In this document: one piece after another, positions 18,001 to 26,259 of the stretch
Position numbering within the stretch: position 1 is the first letter of the stretch
Layout of the letters: every line of letters starts with the position of its first letter
NCBI GenBank assembly: GCA_964426185.1
Contig: CAYRPF010000006.1
Location: 1-32,000, forward strand
Direction: 5' to 3'
Source of the DNA: an uncultured archaeon
Lineage (GTDB): Archaea > Asgardarchaeota > Lokiarchaeia > Sigyniarchaeales > Promethearchaeaceae
Length of the DNA stretch: 32,000 nucleotides
Made by a program: the position numbers and the translations under genes
Notes under the pieces: generated by a model
Databases searched by the model: none
What the model was told of the DNA's origin: nothing
Seen by the model: the letters and a program-made list of their open reading frames with translations, nothing else

Positions 18001-19477
18001 TGGCAACCGTGTCTCTTTGTTTTTCTAATTTTAGAATTTCTTCATCTAATTGTTTTTGGAGGTTTTTTTGTTCAATAATAGATTGCTTAAGTTTGGTAAT
18101 TTGATCTTGAATAGCTTTTGCTTCGGTATTGGCTTGTTCCATGGCCTGTTCTATGCTTTCTGCATCTTTTTGTAGTTTTTGTAAATCTTTATCTAATTGA
18201 GATTTTCTTTTTTCGTTCTTTTTGATAGATTTCTCAAGAAGCTTAATTTCAGTAGTTAAAGCTTTACTGTCTTGTTTAATCTTAGAAATTTCTTTGTTTA
18301 TTTGAGCCTTTTCGGCGTTAATATCAGTGATGATTTGTTCTTCTTCTTTTTGTTTTACTTTATTTTCTTCAATAAGTCCTGCATTTTCATCAAGTGCTTG
18401 TTGTACTCCATCAATTTCTGTCTTAGTGCGTGCTATCAAATCATCAAAAGTTTGACCTTCTTCTAATTTCTCTTGAAGTTCTTCAAGTTTGATTATATTT
18501 TGTTGAAGCCGTTTTAAATTTTCTTCCGTGGCCTTGAGAGTTGCTTCTTTGGCAGAAAGTTCTGCTTTTTGAGCGGTAATTTCTTCATCTAATTTTGTTT
18601 TTTCAGTTTCTTGAACTTCAATATCTTCTTCTAATCCCTTTAAAAATAACGCTTCTGCTTCAATTTTATCTTTCTGTCGTTGAATTCTGTTTTTTAAGTC
18701 TTCAATTACCAATTGGGTAGATTCGATTTCTGCATTAATATCATCCTCTTCCAAGCGCATTTTATGAATTTTTAGTGCGATTAACTGAGCGTTGAATAAA
18801 TTTACTTTATTATCTAGTTCTTTCCAACGAAGAGCATCATTTTTTTCTTTTTCAACTTTTTTCAATTGAGTAGAGACTTCTTTAAATATCGCCTCAAATT
18901 GACCTAAATCTTTATCTGCTTTCTCTAGCTCTTTCAATGTCTTATCTTTCATTTCGTCATATTTACTTAATCCAATCAACATTTCAATAAATTCACGTCT
19001 TGCATTGGAACTCATATGAGTTAATTCTACGATTTTTCCTTGAAGAACAAATTGATTAGAGCCATCAGGATCAATATTTGCTTGAGCAAGAGCATTTAAA
19101 ATGGCCGTTCGGGTACTTGCCTTGCCTTGGATACGGTAACCACTAGTTCCACTGCGTTTTATCCATCGCGACACTTTGAATTCATCAGAATCGCTGGGAA
19201 AAACCCGATCTTTATTATCAAAAACAATTTCTACTTCTGCACGAGTTGCTGGTTTAACTTTTTTAGATCCTGCGAAGATTAAATCAGTTAATTTTGTGGC
19301 GCGCATGGTAGACTTTGCCAATCGACCGAGAGCAAAACATAAACCATCAATTACATTAGATTTTCCATTTCCATTCGGTCCCACAATGCATGTAAACCCT
19401 TTAGCAAGATTGACTGATACAGTGCGATTTCCGAAAGATTTGAACCCAGTCATCACGACACGTTTTATATAGGTCAT
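15014..19477 (-). CDS. smc: Chromosome segregation ATPase Smc, elongated, with non-canonical central domain
   Basis: GFKSF, Walker A GPNGNGKSN, Q-loop FVLQGKI, PVNLKSIEEY, signature LSGGEK, Walker B/D-loop YIMDEIDAALD and H-loop ISH; long coiled coils; operon with scpA and scpB. Confidence 0.95.
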   Translation of the reverse strand: MTYIKRVVMTGFKSFGNRTVSVNLAKGFTCIVGPNGNGKSNVIDGLCFALGRLAKSTMRATKLTDLIFAGSKKVKPATRAEVEIVFDNKDRVFPSDSDEFKVSRWIKRSGTSGYRIQGKASTRTAILNALAQANIDPDGSNQFVLQGKIVELTHMSSNARREFIEMLIGLSKYDEMKDKTLKELEKADKDLGQFEAIFKEVSTQLKKVEKEKNDALRWKELDNKVNLFNAQLIALKIHKMRLEEDDINAEIESTQLVIEDLKNRIQRQKDKIEAEALFLKGLEEDIEVQETEKTKLDEEITAQKAELSAKEATLKATEENLKRLQQNIIKLEELQEKLEEGQTFDDLIARTKTEIDGVQQALDENAGLIEENKVKQKEEEQIITDINAEKAQINKEISKIKQDSKALTTEIKLLEKSIKKNEKRKSQLDKDLQKLQKDAESIEQAMEQANTEAKAIQDQITKLKQSIIEQKNLQKQLDEEILKLEKQRDTVAKSQSDIQAAVSSTGAEINLIKKRIEDLESKKNTLQKEYEKLTKGQAVEDQIKILRSKEKKIGDQVKDLKSQLNSANEEQKRSQTKQESFELKRRALEGELGDLEKKLTGIGVELKTAETDLHSSQRQQQHIQIIHDNLQKEIAALSAEQTKLQAQLDNFSEKIEHMKEEREKLQETIDKKEAEHNETQVELNSVLDNLTNLILNIDRSAGDIKSDIQNVSQVAIDESSKVFKAFVLDVTDMLRSIEEISEMTPDQPREIQEQLSFAVNTLKLLIENAEQPLIQLNEMVQEASDEALNESTANFDGFIQDFTDKFDSIRVALQAVAVADTSEHYRALEDLNTAISAQAEGYSKASVQFTKITAHLEQKQQELNQTNSQISALTKKINDLESKISTNRKEFEEKSTKASQIKEEIESISKKLTELKQSSENFWKDSKDLQSLIDEKSEELAQIVDDLNSLSNVKRLLDDIDNATEEQQKLQVEIETKNQNIQDLSTQSEKVQKEIDEILAKISEVKEKRAKADDVRTDLQAQIDLESDKLGEVNGRIKDLQNVQKIISDIEALEIEITESTEKIAENTKSNEELENQIHELESQIEEKNKLIAEHQTARQSLESKEKELRAQSKEISNQIKALEKKLDKQVQMKAREGEIEQLKDEEGELGDKIADFQELIKSITDKITKLEESRLKQIEILTDLQGQKNASWEKQKSLRDELGELNADLSRNNAKFNGLETRKIVVEEKIDELFEKSKDYGTLPPVTDDLNEETLNQKIGTANTEKKALEPVNLKSIEEYDEVKERWDEIDMRRQTLQRERKAILDSIDRIELEKTRNFMKAYHEINRVFSSVFQKLSPGGSAKMILENPAHPFEGGITIEARPRGKKISSLDILSGGEKTLVALSFIFAIQNFYPAPFYIMDEIDAALDGPNVYRTSMVIKEYARQSQFLVISHREENITNADRIYGVAMNDGITDIFTVNLEEEKEREDFDTNVELVKDTPDQN

Positions 19478-19489
19478 TTGAAATATTAG

Positions 19490-19568
19490 TCTCCTAAATA
19501 CCTAACATATGAAATCCTTAAAGTATCAATCTCCTAAATACCTAACATATGAAATCCTTAAAGTATCA
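19490..19568. repeat. Exact 39-bp direct repeat, two copies with 40-bp period, in the smc / gelsolin-gene divergent intergenic region
   Basis: tctcctaaatacctaacatatgaaatccttaaagtatca at 19490-19528 and 19530-19568. Confidence 0.95.
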
Positions 19569-19592
19569 TTTACATTATTAACATGATAGATA

Positions 19593-22337
19593 ATGAGCAA
19601 TTCTTCCAAAATTCTTCTTCCTTATATACTCAAACCAGAAGGAAAGATAGAACCACTTGATATAGAAGATATTCCTTCAAAATTAATTTCTGTTAATATT
19701 TTGTATTTTTATCACTATGAAAAGAAAAGATTATATATTTGGATTGGTAAAAATGCAGGAAAGAAATTAAAGCAGACAATACCTACTGCAGAAGAAATAA
19801 TTTTAAAAAAAAATCCAGATATCACAATTATTCGCCATTTTACGGTAGATGAAGGAAGCGAAACACATGATTTTTGGCAAGATACCGCTCTTAATCCCGA
19901 AAATATTAGAAAAATTCAGCAAAAATGGTCTGAATTCCGATTAGATCAATATGCTTTGTTAGATAAACTTCGAATCAATATGACATCTGCTAAAAATACT
20001 GGTGATTTTGAAAACGCAATAAATTATATTGAACAAATACTTAAAGTTGCAGAAGAAATTTATGATTGGGATTTGATCGATGAATTCACACAATTACGTG
20101 ATCAAATCCTTCGAGTAAAAGATTTGAGATCTCGAAAAGATGAAATCAAGCGCGAAATTCCCCATAAAATTGCCAAGCTTGATAAATTAATGGCAGAAAA
20201 TGAGGTTATAAAAGCCCATGATTTAGCCGTTGAAATTCAAGAATATTACTCAATTTTATTTAATGAACCCATTCCCCGTAAATTTCAAAGATCATTAGAC
20301 TCAGAAAAAATGTTGTACGATGAATATATTAGAATAAAGAAAGATATTAATGATTTACAAGAGCGGTTTAATGAGTTCTTACCGGAAAGAAATTTAAGAA
20401 CTCTCTATCGCATTGGTAAAAAACTCGTCCAATTAAATGAAAAATTTGACGATATTACGATTGATCAGTCAATGATGGAACAAATTTCCTTAATTGAGGC
20501 ACAATACAAAGAATGGGAAAAATCAGAAAGAGAATATAGAAATAATATAACCACCTTAACATCAGCATACCAACGAGCAAAAAGTAACTATGAATTTGAT
20601 GAGGCTCAGCAACATTTGGAGAAAATAATAGAATTAATTCAAACTTCAGATCATAAAAGTGAATTAGAACAATGGGAAACTGAAATATCGAATTTGAAAG
20701 AATTAAAAAAACAATGGGAGCTGCAAAAAGAAGAAGCTAAAAAGAAAAAGTTAGAAAATCGTGATAAAATTAAGCAAATGCAAGCAGAAATTGAACAACA
20801 ATTACATAATAGAAATTTCCCAGAAACCTTTGCTTCCGTGGAAAAACTCTATCTTTTTGCCTCACAAACTCATGACGAAGAAATTGAAAAAGAAATTGCC
20901 AATTATCGGAAAGAAATTAATGAAAAAATAACAAACTTAAAGTTGTTAGATATATTATTGAAAAAAATTTCAGAATGGGAAGAATCTTTCCCTGAATTGA
21001 AAAAAACCAAGCAGTATGATACAATTTTAAGCGATCTCAATATATTCCTTTCTGATGAAGCCATAAATTATTCACTCGAACATAAAGCCAGATTATCAGA
21101 AATCAAATCGTCCATCGAAGAATTGAAGGAAAAATACTCGAAGAATGTAGCGCTCTATAATCGCTTATCTACAGAAATCAAAGAGAATGAAAATAAAGAG
21201 CAATGGATGGCTTTAACCCGTAATGCTAAACGCATTCAAGAAATCCTTCCTGAAATTGATAAGGAAAATGAGCACATAAAGTTTCAAGAAATAGAAAATT
21301 TAGCCAATCAAAAAATTAAGGAGAAAGAGAAGAAGAAAGAAGAAGAATTGGCTCAATTATTAAATAAAGCGAAAGAAATCGAAAATATCATCCAGAGTGA
21401 AAAAAAAATACTCCCATTGGTGGAGGATTTATCATTAGAAGACATCTTACCGAATTTATCTACCGATGTCAACGAAATGCTTACTCAAATTGAAAGCGTA
21501 TTAGATAAGCAGCGCGTTGAGGTTAAGGATGATATGGAAAGTTCAATGCTGTTAACCAGTGCCTCGGGCGAAACTATGGAGATCACTGCAAAAATACAAG
21601 TTTCAATGGAGTCTGCTTCACTTGATAAGGAAACTTTGGAGATCTCCCCGTTTACGAAATTTAAGGCAAGTTCTGTGTTGGAAAATCCATTCCACGACGC
21701 AATTTCTGAGGTGATTATTGAAGATATTATTCCCTATAACTTTGAAATTTCTGATATAAACGTGGAGGGGGGCGATAATTTCGAAAAACCCGAAGAACAA
21801 TTACACAAAGACGGCTTCGTCTTAAAATGGAAATTAAATAACATTCCCGCCCAAAACTCGGTTAAAATTAATTATGAATTACGTAAAAGAGTCTCACGAA
21901 CTATTCTAATTCCCTTGGAAACGCAATTAAAGGTAATAAAAACCCATACGAGTATCAAAGATTATTCTCCAGAAGGTTTGTACGATGTAACCATGTTTTT
22001 CAAAAACAAATTTGCAAAGTCAGTCATCGGCGTTGTTATTGAAGATATAATTCCAACCTTTTATCATTTCCAAATTAAACTTCCTAAGGATGCACTACCT
22101 GCTTCTCAAGTAGAACAACCAATTGGAGCACTTATTAAGTGGAATTATCACGAAATTCTTGAAAATAAGGAATTGAAACATCAATATCGTCTGTTAAATT
22201 TGGCTCAATTTGAAAATTTAAAGATTTTAGTGGATAAATTGACACGTGAAGCTTATAATACACTTGAAAGAGGCGATATCGATAAATCTTTGGCAACTTA
22301 TCAAAAAATTGTCAAAAAATTGCGAAAGTTTACCTAA
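19593..22337 (+). CDS. Gelsolin-like domain protein with helical-repeat rod and two C-terminal Ig-like beta-sandwich repeats
   Basis: N-terminal LYIWIGKNA...TVDEGSETHDFW (gelsolin/villin repeat signature); recurring helical units; two V(I/V)IEDIIP...(L/I)KW...Y repeats 107 aa apart. Confidence 0.75.
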   Translation: MSNSSKILLPYILKPEGKIEPLDIEDIPSKLISVNILYFYHYEKKRLYIWIGKNAGKKLKQTIPTAEEIILKKNPDITIIRHFTVDEGSETHDFWQDTALNPENIRKIQQKWSEFRLDQYALLDKLRINMTSAKNTGDFENAINYIEQILKVAEEIYDWDLIDEFTQLRDQILRVKDLRSRKDEIKREIPHKIAKLDKLMAENEVIKAHDLAVEIQEYYSILFNEPIPRKFQRSLDSEKMLYDEYIRIKKDINDLQERFNEFLPERNLRTLYRIGKKLVQLNEKFDDITIDQSMMEQISLIEAQYKEWEKSEREYRNNITTLTSAYQRAKSNYEFDEAQQHLEKIIELIQTSDHKSELEQWETEISNLKELKKQWELQKEEAKKKKLENRDKIKQMQAEIEQQLHNRNFPETFASVEKLYLFASQTHDEEIEKEIANYRKEINEKITNLKLLDILLKKISEWEESFPELKKTKQYDTILSDLNIFLSDEAINYSLEHKARLSEIKSSIEELKEKYSKNVALYNRLSTEIKENENKEQWMALTRNAKRIQEILPEIDKENEHIKFQEIENLANQKIKEKEKKKEEELAQLLNKAKEIENIIQSEKKILPLVEDLSLEDILPNLSTDVNEMLTQIESVLDKQRVEVKDDMESSMLLTSASGETMEITAKIQVSMESASLDKETLEISPFTKFKASSVLENPFHDAISEVIIEDIIPYNFEISDINVEGGDNFEKPEEQLHKDGFVLKWKLNNIPAQNSVKINYELRKRVSRTILIPLETQLKVIKTHTSIKDYSPEGLYDVTMFFKNKFAKSVIGVVIEDIIPTFYHFQIKLPKDALPASQVEQPIGALIKWNYHEILENKELKHQYRLLNLAQFENLKILVDKLTREAYNTLERGDIDKSLATYQKIVKKLRKFT

Positions 22338-22359
22338 GTGTAAATTAAAAGGAATTGAA

Positions 22360-22574
22360 ATGTCAAACATCACTTAGTATACTCCTTTTTTTGGAGTGAT
22401 TATAGTTAATTGGGATGCTTTCAGCGATGTCGATGAAGATAAAAGAACCTTGTTGAAAATCTACTGGCGATTTTTACAGAATATTCAGAAAACTTGATGA
22501 ATTTTCAAGGAAATGTCGAAATATTTGATAATTTTAAGAGAATTCTTTTATCTATGGATCTCGATATGATATAA
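22360..22574 (+). pseudogene. Possible decayed longin-like gene remnant
   Basis: ATG at 22360, in-frame TAG at 22375, then a frame change near 22441-22449 into LVENLLAIFTEYSENLMNFQGNVEIFDNFKRIL, which resembles longin C-terminal helices. Confidence 0.35.
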
Positions 22575-22605
22575 CTAATCCAAATAATCAAATCTCTAAT
22601 GTTAA

Positions 22606-22911
22606 TTGAATAATGGGGTAGAAGTTGTGAATCAGAAATCGAACAAGCCAGAAGAAGAAAAATCTCAAGAAGAATCAACTATATCTGAGAAAAGTCAAAA
22701 AAAAAAAAAGAATGTACATCAAAACACCTCAGAAGAAAAAATTCTTAAAAAATATGAAAAAGAGCTTAAAGAACAAAAAAAATATCTGGTTTCTATTGAA
22801 ATAACAATTGTCGTTCAAGAAAAACAACAAGATAGGCTATCCCAAGCAATCCAGCCAATAATTGACAATTATAAATCATTTTTTAAAGCATATATGTGCA
22901 GACTGCCATAA
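22606..22911 (+). CDS. Hypothetical Lys/Glu-rich protein, possibly frameshifted from a downstream Zn-finger segment
   Basis: 101-aa ORF; the +1 frame continues as HICADCHK...ICAE* to 23011. Confidence 0.45.
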   Translation: MNNGVEVVNQKSNKPEEEKSQEESTISEKSQKKKKNVHQNTSEEKILKKYEKELKEQKKYLVSIEITIVVQEKQQDRLSQAIQPIIDNYKSFFKAYMCRLP

Positions 22912-23124
22912 ACAGCAAAATGTTCTTCTCTACTGTTTGGAAGATGCAATTGTGTCGATGATGGTATACATATGGTTTGAAATCAACAAATCCACCATTT
23001 GTGCTGAGTGATTGAAAAAAATATTTTTGTCTTTTTTGGATTTTAAAAAAGTATATTTTGCACTTTTTGTTTTTTTTGAAATTTTGTCATTTCGGAAAAA
23101 TATGTCTTTTTATTTGTTTCAATT

Positions 23125-24246
23125 TCAATTTAATTTTGTCAAATCGCTTATGCTTTGTTGCATTTCTGTCTTTTTGAGAATTGATCGTTGAGAAAAATCA
23201 CTTTTATTATTTAGAGGCAATGTTATATAAAATGTAGTCCCTTTCCCATATTGGGTATGAAAAGCAATATGACCGTCATGTTTACGAATAATATGATAAC
23301 ATGAGACCAGACCTAAGCCATTTCCCCTATTTTTAGTAGTTACATTAAAGTGAAAAAGTTTATTTTGGACTTCTGGGGGAATTCCAGGCCCATTATCTTG
23401 TATTGAGACGCATACCATGGGGAATTTCAATTTTAATCTCTTTTGATGTTGGTTATTTGCCCAGATAAGCCTTTCTTTTTGGTATTTACCATAAAAATTC
23501 TCCTGATTTTTAAAAAGTTCCATTTTCACAGAAATTCGGCCCCGATTATTCATTGCTTGCTTTGCATTTAGAACTAAATTTTGAATTACTTGCGAAAATT
23601 GATTTGGATCTACATCGAGCGGGGGGATATTAAAAGGTATTTCAAAATTAGCGGCTACGCTTGATCCTGCCAAAATAAACTTGGTAGAATCTTTAACAAT
23701 CTCCTCCAACGATGCATTCTTTTTAATAGGTTGTCCTCCTTTTCCGAAACTTAAAAGTTGTTCTGTAAGTCCCGTGGCGCGTTGAGTTGCTTTTAATGCG
23801 ATATCTAAGTTTTCTTGTAAATTTTGGAATATGTTATAATCAGGATTTTCTTGAATATCGATTAATGAAATAGACAGAATTCCAGTTAGTGTAGTTAAAA
23901 TATTATTGAAATCATGAGCAATTCCTTTAATTACTTGGTCACGTTCGTTTTGATTTAAATCTAATGATTTATTATTCACAGAAGAAGGAATTTCTTCCCT
24001 TTTATGTGCTCCAAAAAAGAGTAGAAATCCTAAATTAATAAGAACAAACAAGATTCCTAATATCAAAACAATTATTTCTAGAGTTTTTAAGTTATTTCTT
24101 TGTAAAAATGAAGCGAAAAATAGTATTATGGATAGTCCAACCGCCGAATTAGTGAGAAGTAAAATCTTGCTTTTAATATCTTGGCGGTTAGACACATGGT
24201 TAATGAAGTGAGACATATTTGTATTATCCATTTTAAACATTGCCAT
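23125..24246 (-). CDS. Membrane sensor histidine kinase (2 TM, HisKA + HATPase_c)
   Basis: H-box GIAHDFNNILT, N-box QVIQNLVLNAKQAM, G1 DNGPGI and G2 GNGLGL; two N-terminal hydrophobic helices. Confidence 0.93.
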   Translation of the reverse strand: MAMFKMDNTNMSHFINHVSNRQDIKSKILLLTNSAVGLSIILFFASFLQRNNLKTLEIIVLILGILFVLINLGFLLFFGAHKREEIPSSVNNKSLDLNQNERDQVIKGIAHDFNNILTTLTGILSISLIDIQENPDYNIFQNLQENLDIALKATQRATGLTEQLLSFGKGGQPIKKNASLEEIVKDSTKFILAGSSVAANFEIPFNIPPLDVDPNQFSQVIQNLVLNAKQAMNNRGRISVKMELFKNQENFYGKYQKERLIWANNQHQKRLKLKFPMVCVSIQDNGPGIPPEVQNKLFHFNVTTKNRGNGLGLVSCYHIIRKHDGHIAFHTQYGKGTTFYITLPLNNKSDFSQRSILKKTEMQQSISDLTKLN

Positions 24247-24715
24247 TGCTGATTAGCCTTTCATTTCAATTGAATCAATATCAAGATTTACAAAAACGAA
24301 GGGAGATTTTAGACAGAAATATTGACACTCTTCTCAAATCAATTTTCCAATAATTTTTTTCCCCAAAACGTTTATTGTCGAAGTATTTATAGTTATAATC
24401 ATATAAAAAAATTTGTAAATTCGATTATAATAAAAAGGATTCTGAATAAAACATCAAAAAAAAATTAGTAAAAAATATAAAAATACAAAATGAAATCAAA
24501 TAATATATAAAATTTGAGAATATAACAAAAAAAAACTATATTATAACTTATATTATTCTAAAAAAAATATTGGAAATTTGGGATATAATTAATTCAATGC
24601 TGATTTTATCATAATTGTAAGTTGAAAAAGAATCAGACATACTATATAAAGCTTTGAATTTTTTCGCAACTTTTTTATACTTCATCTTTCTCAAGTAACT
24701 TGAGGGAAACCTCTT

Positions 24716-24949
24716 ATGAATGGGCAAACAGTAAAAAAATTGGCATGGGTATTTTTCTCAATCGTCTTAGTCGGTGTTATCGTTGGATTTGTAATTACCG
24801 CAATTGATTCCTCATTTTTCTCTCAAGTCCTAAGAAATCTTGACCCAAATGGAAATCTGAGCGATGTATGGATGCGAATTAATTCCTTCTTCTCCAATTT
24901 CTCTTTTTTAGAAAAAGAAACTGGTGGTGGAGGCGGAACTCCGGGTTAA
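24716..24949 (+). CDS. Small single-pass membrane or secreted protein
   Basis: KK followed by a ~20-aa hydrophobic helix; C-terminal GGGGGTPG; GAGGG and a TTTTATA box upstream. Confidence 0.65.
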   Translation: MNGQTVKKLAWVFFSIVLVGVIVGFVITAIDSSFFSQVLRNLDPNGNLSDVWMRINSFFSNFSFLEKETGGGGGTPG

Positions 24950-25057
24950 TTACATTTTTTATTTGTTCTACCAGCATCTTCTGCAAGATCGTTCTTAAAA
25001 TGCATTGATAATGCTTATTACACCTAAAATCTTTTTTTTTATAAGTAGCTCAGAGGG

Positions 25058-26185
25058 ATGAAAATTAACTCAAAAATTTCAATTGATAATATAACATTTA
25101 AAGAAATACAAATTCTTCTTACATTACATCAGCATCCTTTCGGTACTTTTGAAGAATTGGCTGAAATAACTCACATTCCAAAAACTACCGTCTATGAAAT
25201 TATTCAGAAAATTAAACCAGTTTTTTGGGTTGCGGCTATTCCCAATTTAGCTAATTTGGGCCTTACTACCTATGATGTTTTTTCAGAAGTAAATTCTCTA
25301 GTAAATTTAACATTTTTAGAAAAGATCGGTCAAAAACATCCCTATCTCTACTACTATGCTAGGATATATGGCAAAATTACAGGTATCTATTTTCAATTTC
25401 GCGCACCACTCGAATTAGGAAAAAATCTAGAATTATTGTTCCGCGAATTGAAATCACAAAATAAAATAAAAAATTTCACTATGCTCCATTTTCCTCATCA
25501 ATTCTTGATTACTCCATTTAACTTGACTCTTTGGAATCCCGAAAATTTCACTTGGAAATTTAATTGGAAAAATTGGTTTCAAATTGCTGAATTTCATAAA
25601 GATCCTCAAAAAGAATATCAAAAACAACCTTCTTTTCCAGCATACGATGTGAAATCATGGATTCAAAGGAGAGATATTGCTTTATTAAATAAACTCATCA
25701 CTAATGCACGCTGTCCTAATACAAAACTGCGTGAAGAACTTAACAATCAAGGCTTCCAAATAAGTGATTCGATTATAAGTCGACGTAGGAAGAAATTAGA
25801 ATTAGAGGCAATTTATGGATATAAAGTCCAAATTGATCCACATTTATTCGACGTTGTAAATACGGTTCTGATTTGGGGTTATGGGCCAGAAAAATTTTTA
25901 AAATCAATCACAATTCGTCTTGAAAATCATCCCATTCCCTTTTATTCCGTGTTTAATATTGAAAAGTTTACAATTTATTGGTATTTACATTTGCCAACCC
26001 ACCAATTATCCGATTTACTTCATATCCTGCAAGAAAATCTTTATGAACTACATTTTATGTATGTTGATTATCCTAAATCCAATGTATTTTCTCTTGATCC
26101 TGATGCTTTCGATGAGAAGAAGCATGATTGGAAGAAGAGTTCTGAATTTGTGATATACGATTTGCTTAAAAAGGTTGAAGATTAA
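25058..26185 (+). CDS. Tandem (duplicated) Lrp/AsnC-like winged-HTH transcriptional regulator
   Basis: Two HTH modules (KEIQILLTLHQHPFGTFEELAEITHIPKTTVYEII and RDIALLNKLITNARCPNTKL...ISDSIISRRRKKLE), each followed by an alpha/beta segment. Confidence 0.7.
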   Translation: MKINSKISIDNITFKEIQILLTLHQHPFGTFEELAEITHIPKTTVYEIIQKIKPVFWVAAIPNLANLGLTTYDVFSEVNSLVNLTFLEKIGQKHPYLYYYARIYGKITGIYFQFRAPLELGKNLELLFRELKSQNKIKNFTMLHFPHQFLITPFNLTLWNPENFTWKFNWKNWFQIAEFHKDPQKEYQKQPSFPAYDVKSWIQRRDIALLNKLITNARCPNTKLREELNNQGFQISDSIISRRRKKLELEAIYGYKVQIDPHLFDVVNTVLIWGYGPEKFLKSITIRLENHPIPFYSVFNIEKFTIYWYLHLPTHQLSDLLHILQENLYELHFMYVDYPKSNVFSLDPDAFDEKKHDWKKSSEFVIYDLLKKVED

Positions 26186-26216
26186 TAAGGATAATGAAGA
26201 ATTCTTGTTAGAATAG

Positions 26217-26259
26217 CGAAGTTCGGAAATGAATGAACTTCGAAAGTGATATTTTATAA
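26217..26259 (+). promoter_or_regulatory. Inverted-repeat operator candidate plus TATA box upstream of the MFS gene
   Basis: CGAAGTTC-N10-GAACTTCG at 26217-26242, followed by TTTTATAA at 26252-26259. Confidence 0.55.

Noticed and set aside
13416-19472. Many short plus-strand ORFs inside scpB, scpA and smc
   Set aside because: Antisense shadows rich in Phe/Ser/Leu, produced by the Lys/Glu codon bias of the real genes.
12915-19477. smc operon as a Wadjet/MksBEF defence system or Rad50/SbcC
   Set aside because: The head motifs and partners are Smc/ScpA/ScpB type; there is no JetD/MksG Toprim nuclease, no Mre11/SbcD and no zinc hook nearby.
19490-19568. 39-bp repeat as a CRISPR mini-array
   Set aside because: Only two copies separated by 1 bp, with no spacer and no cas genes in the window.
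24247-24715. AT-rich gap as a replication origin or ncRNA gene
   Set aside because: I could not see ORB-like repeats, an adjacent cdc6/orc1 gene or a GC-rich structured segment.
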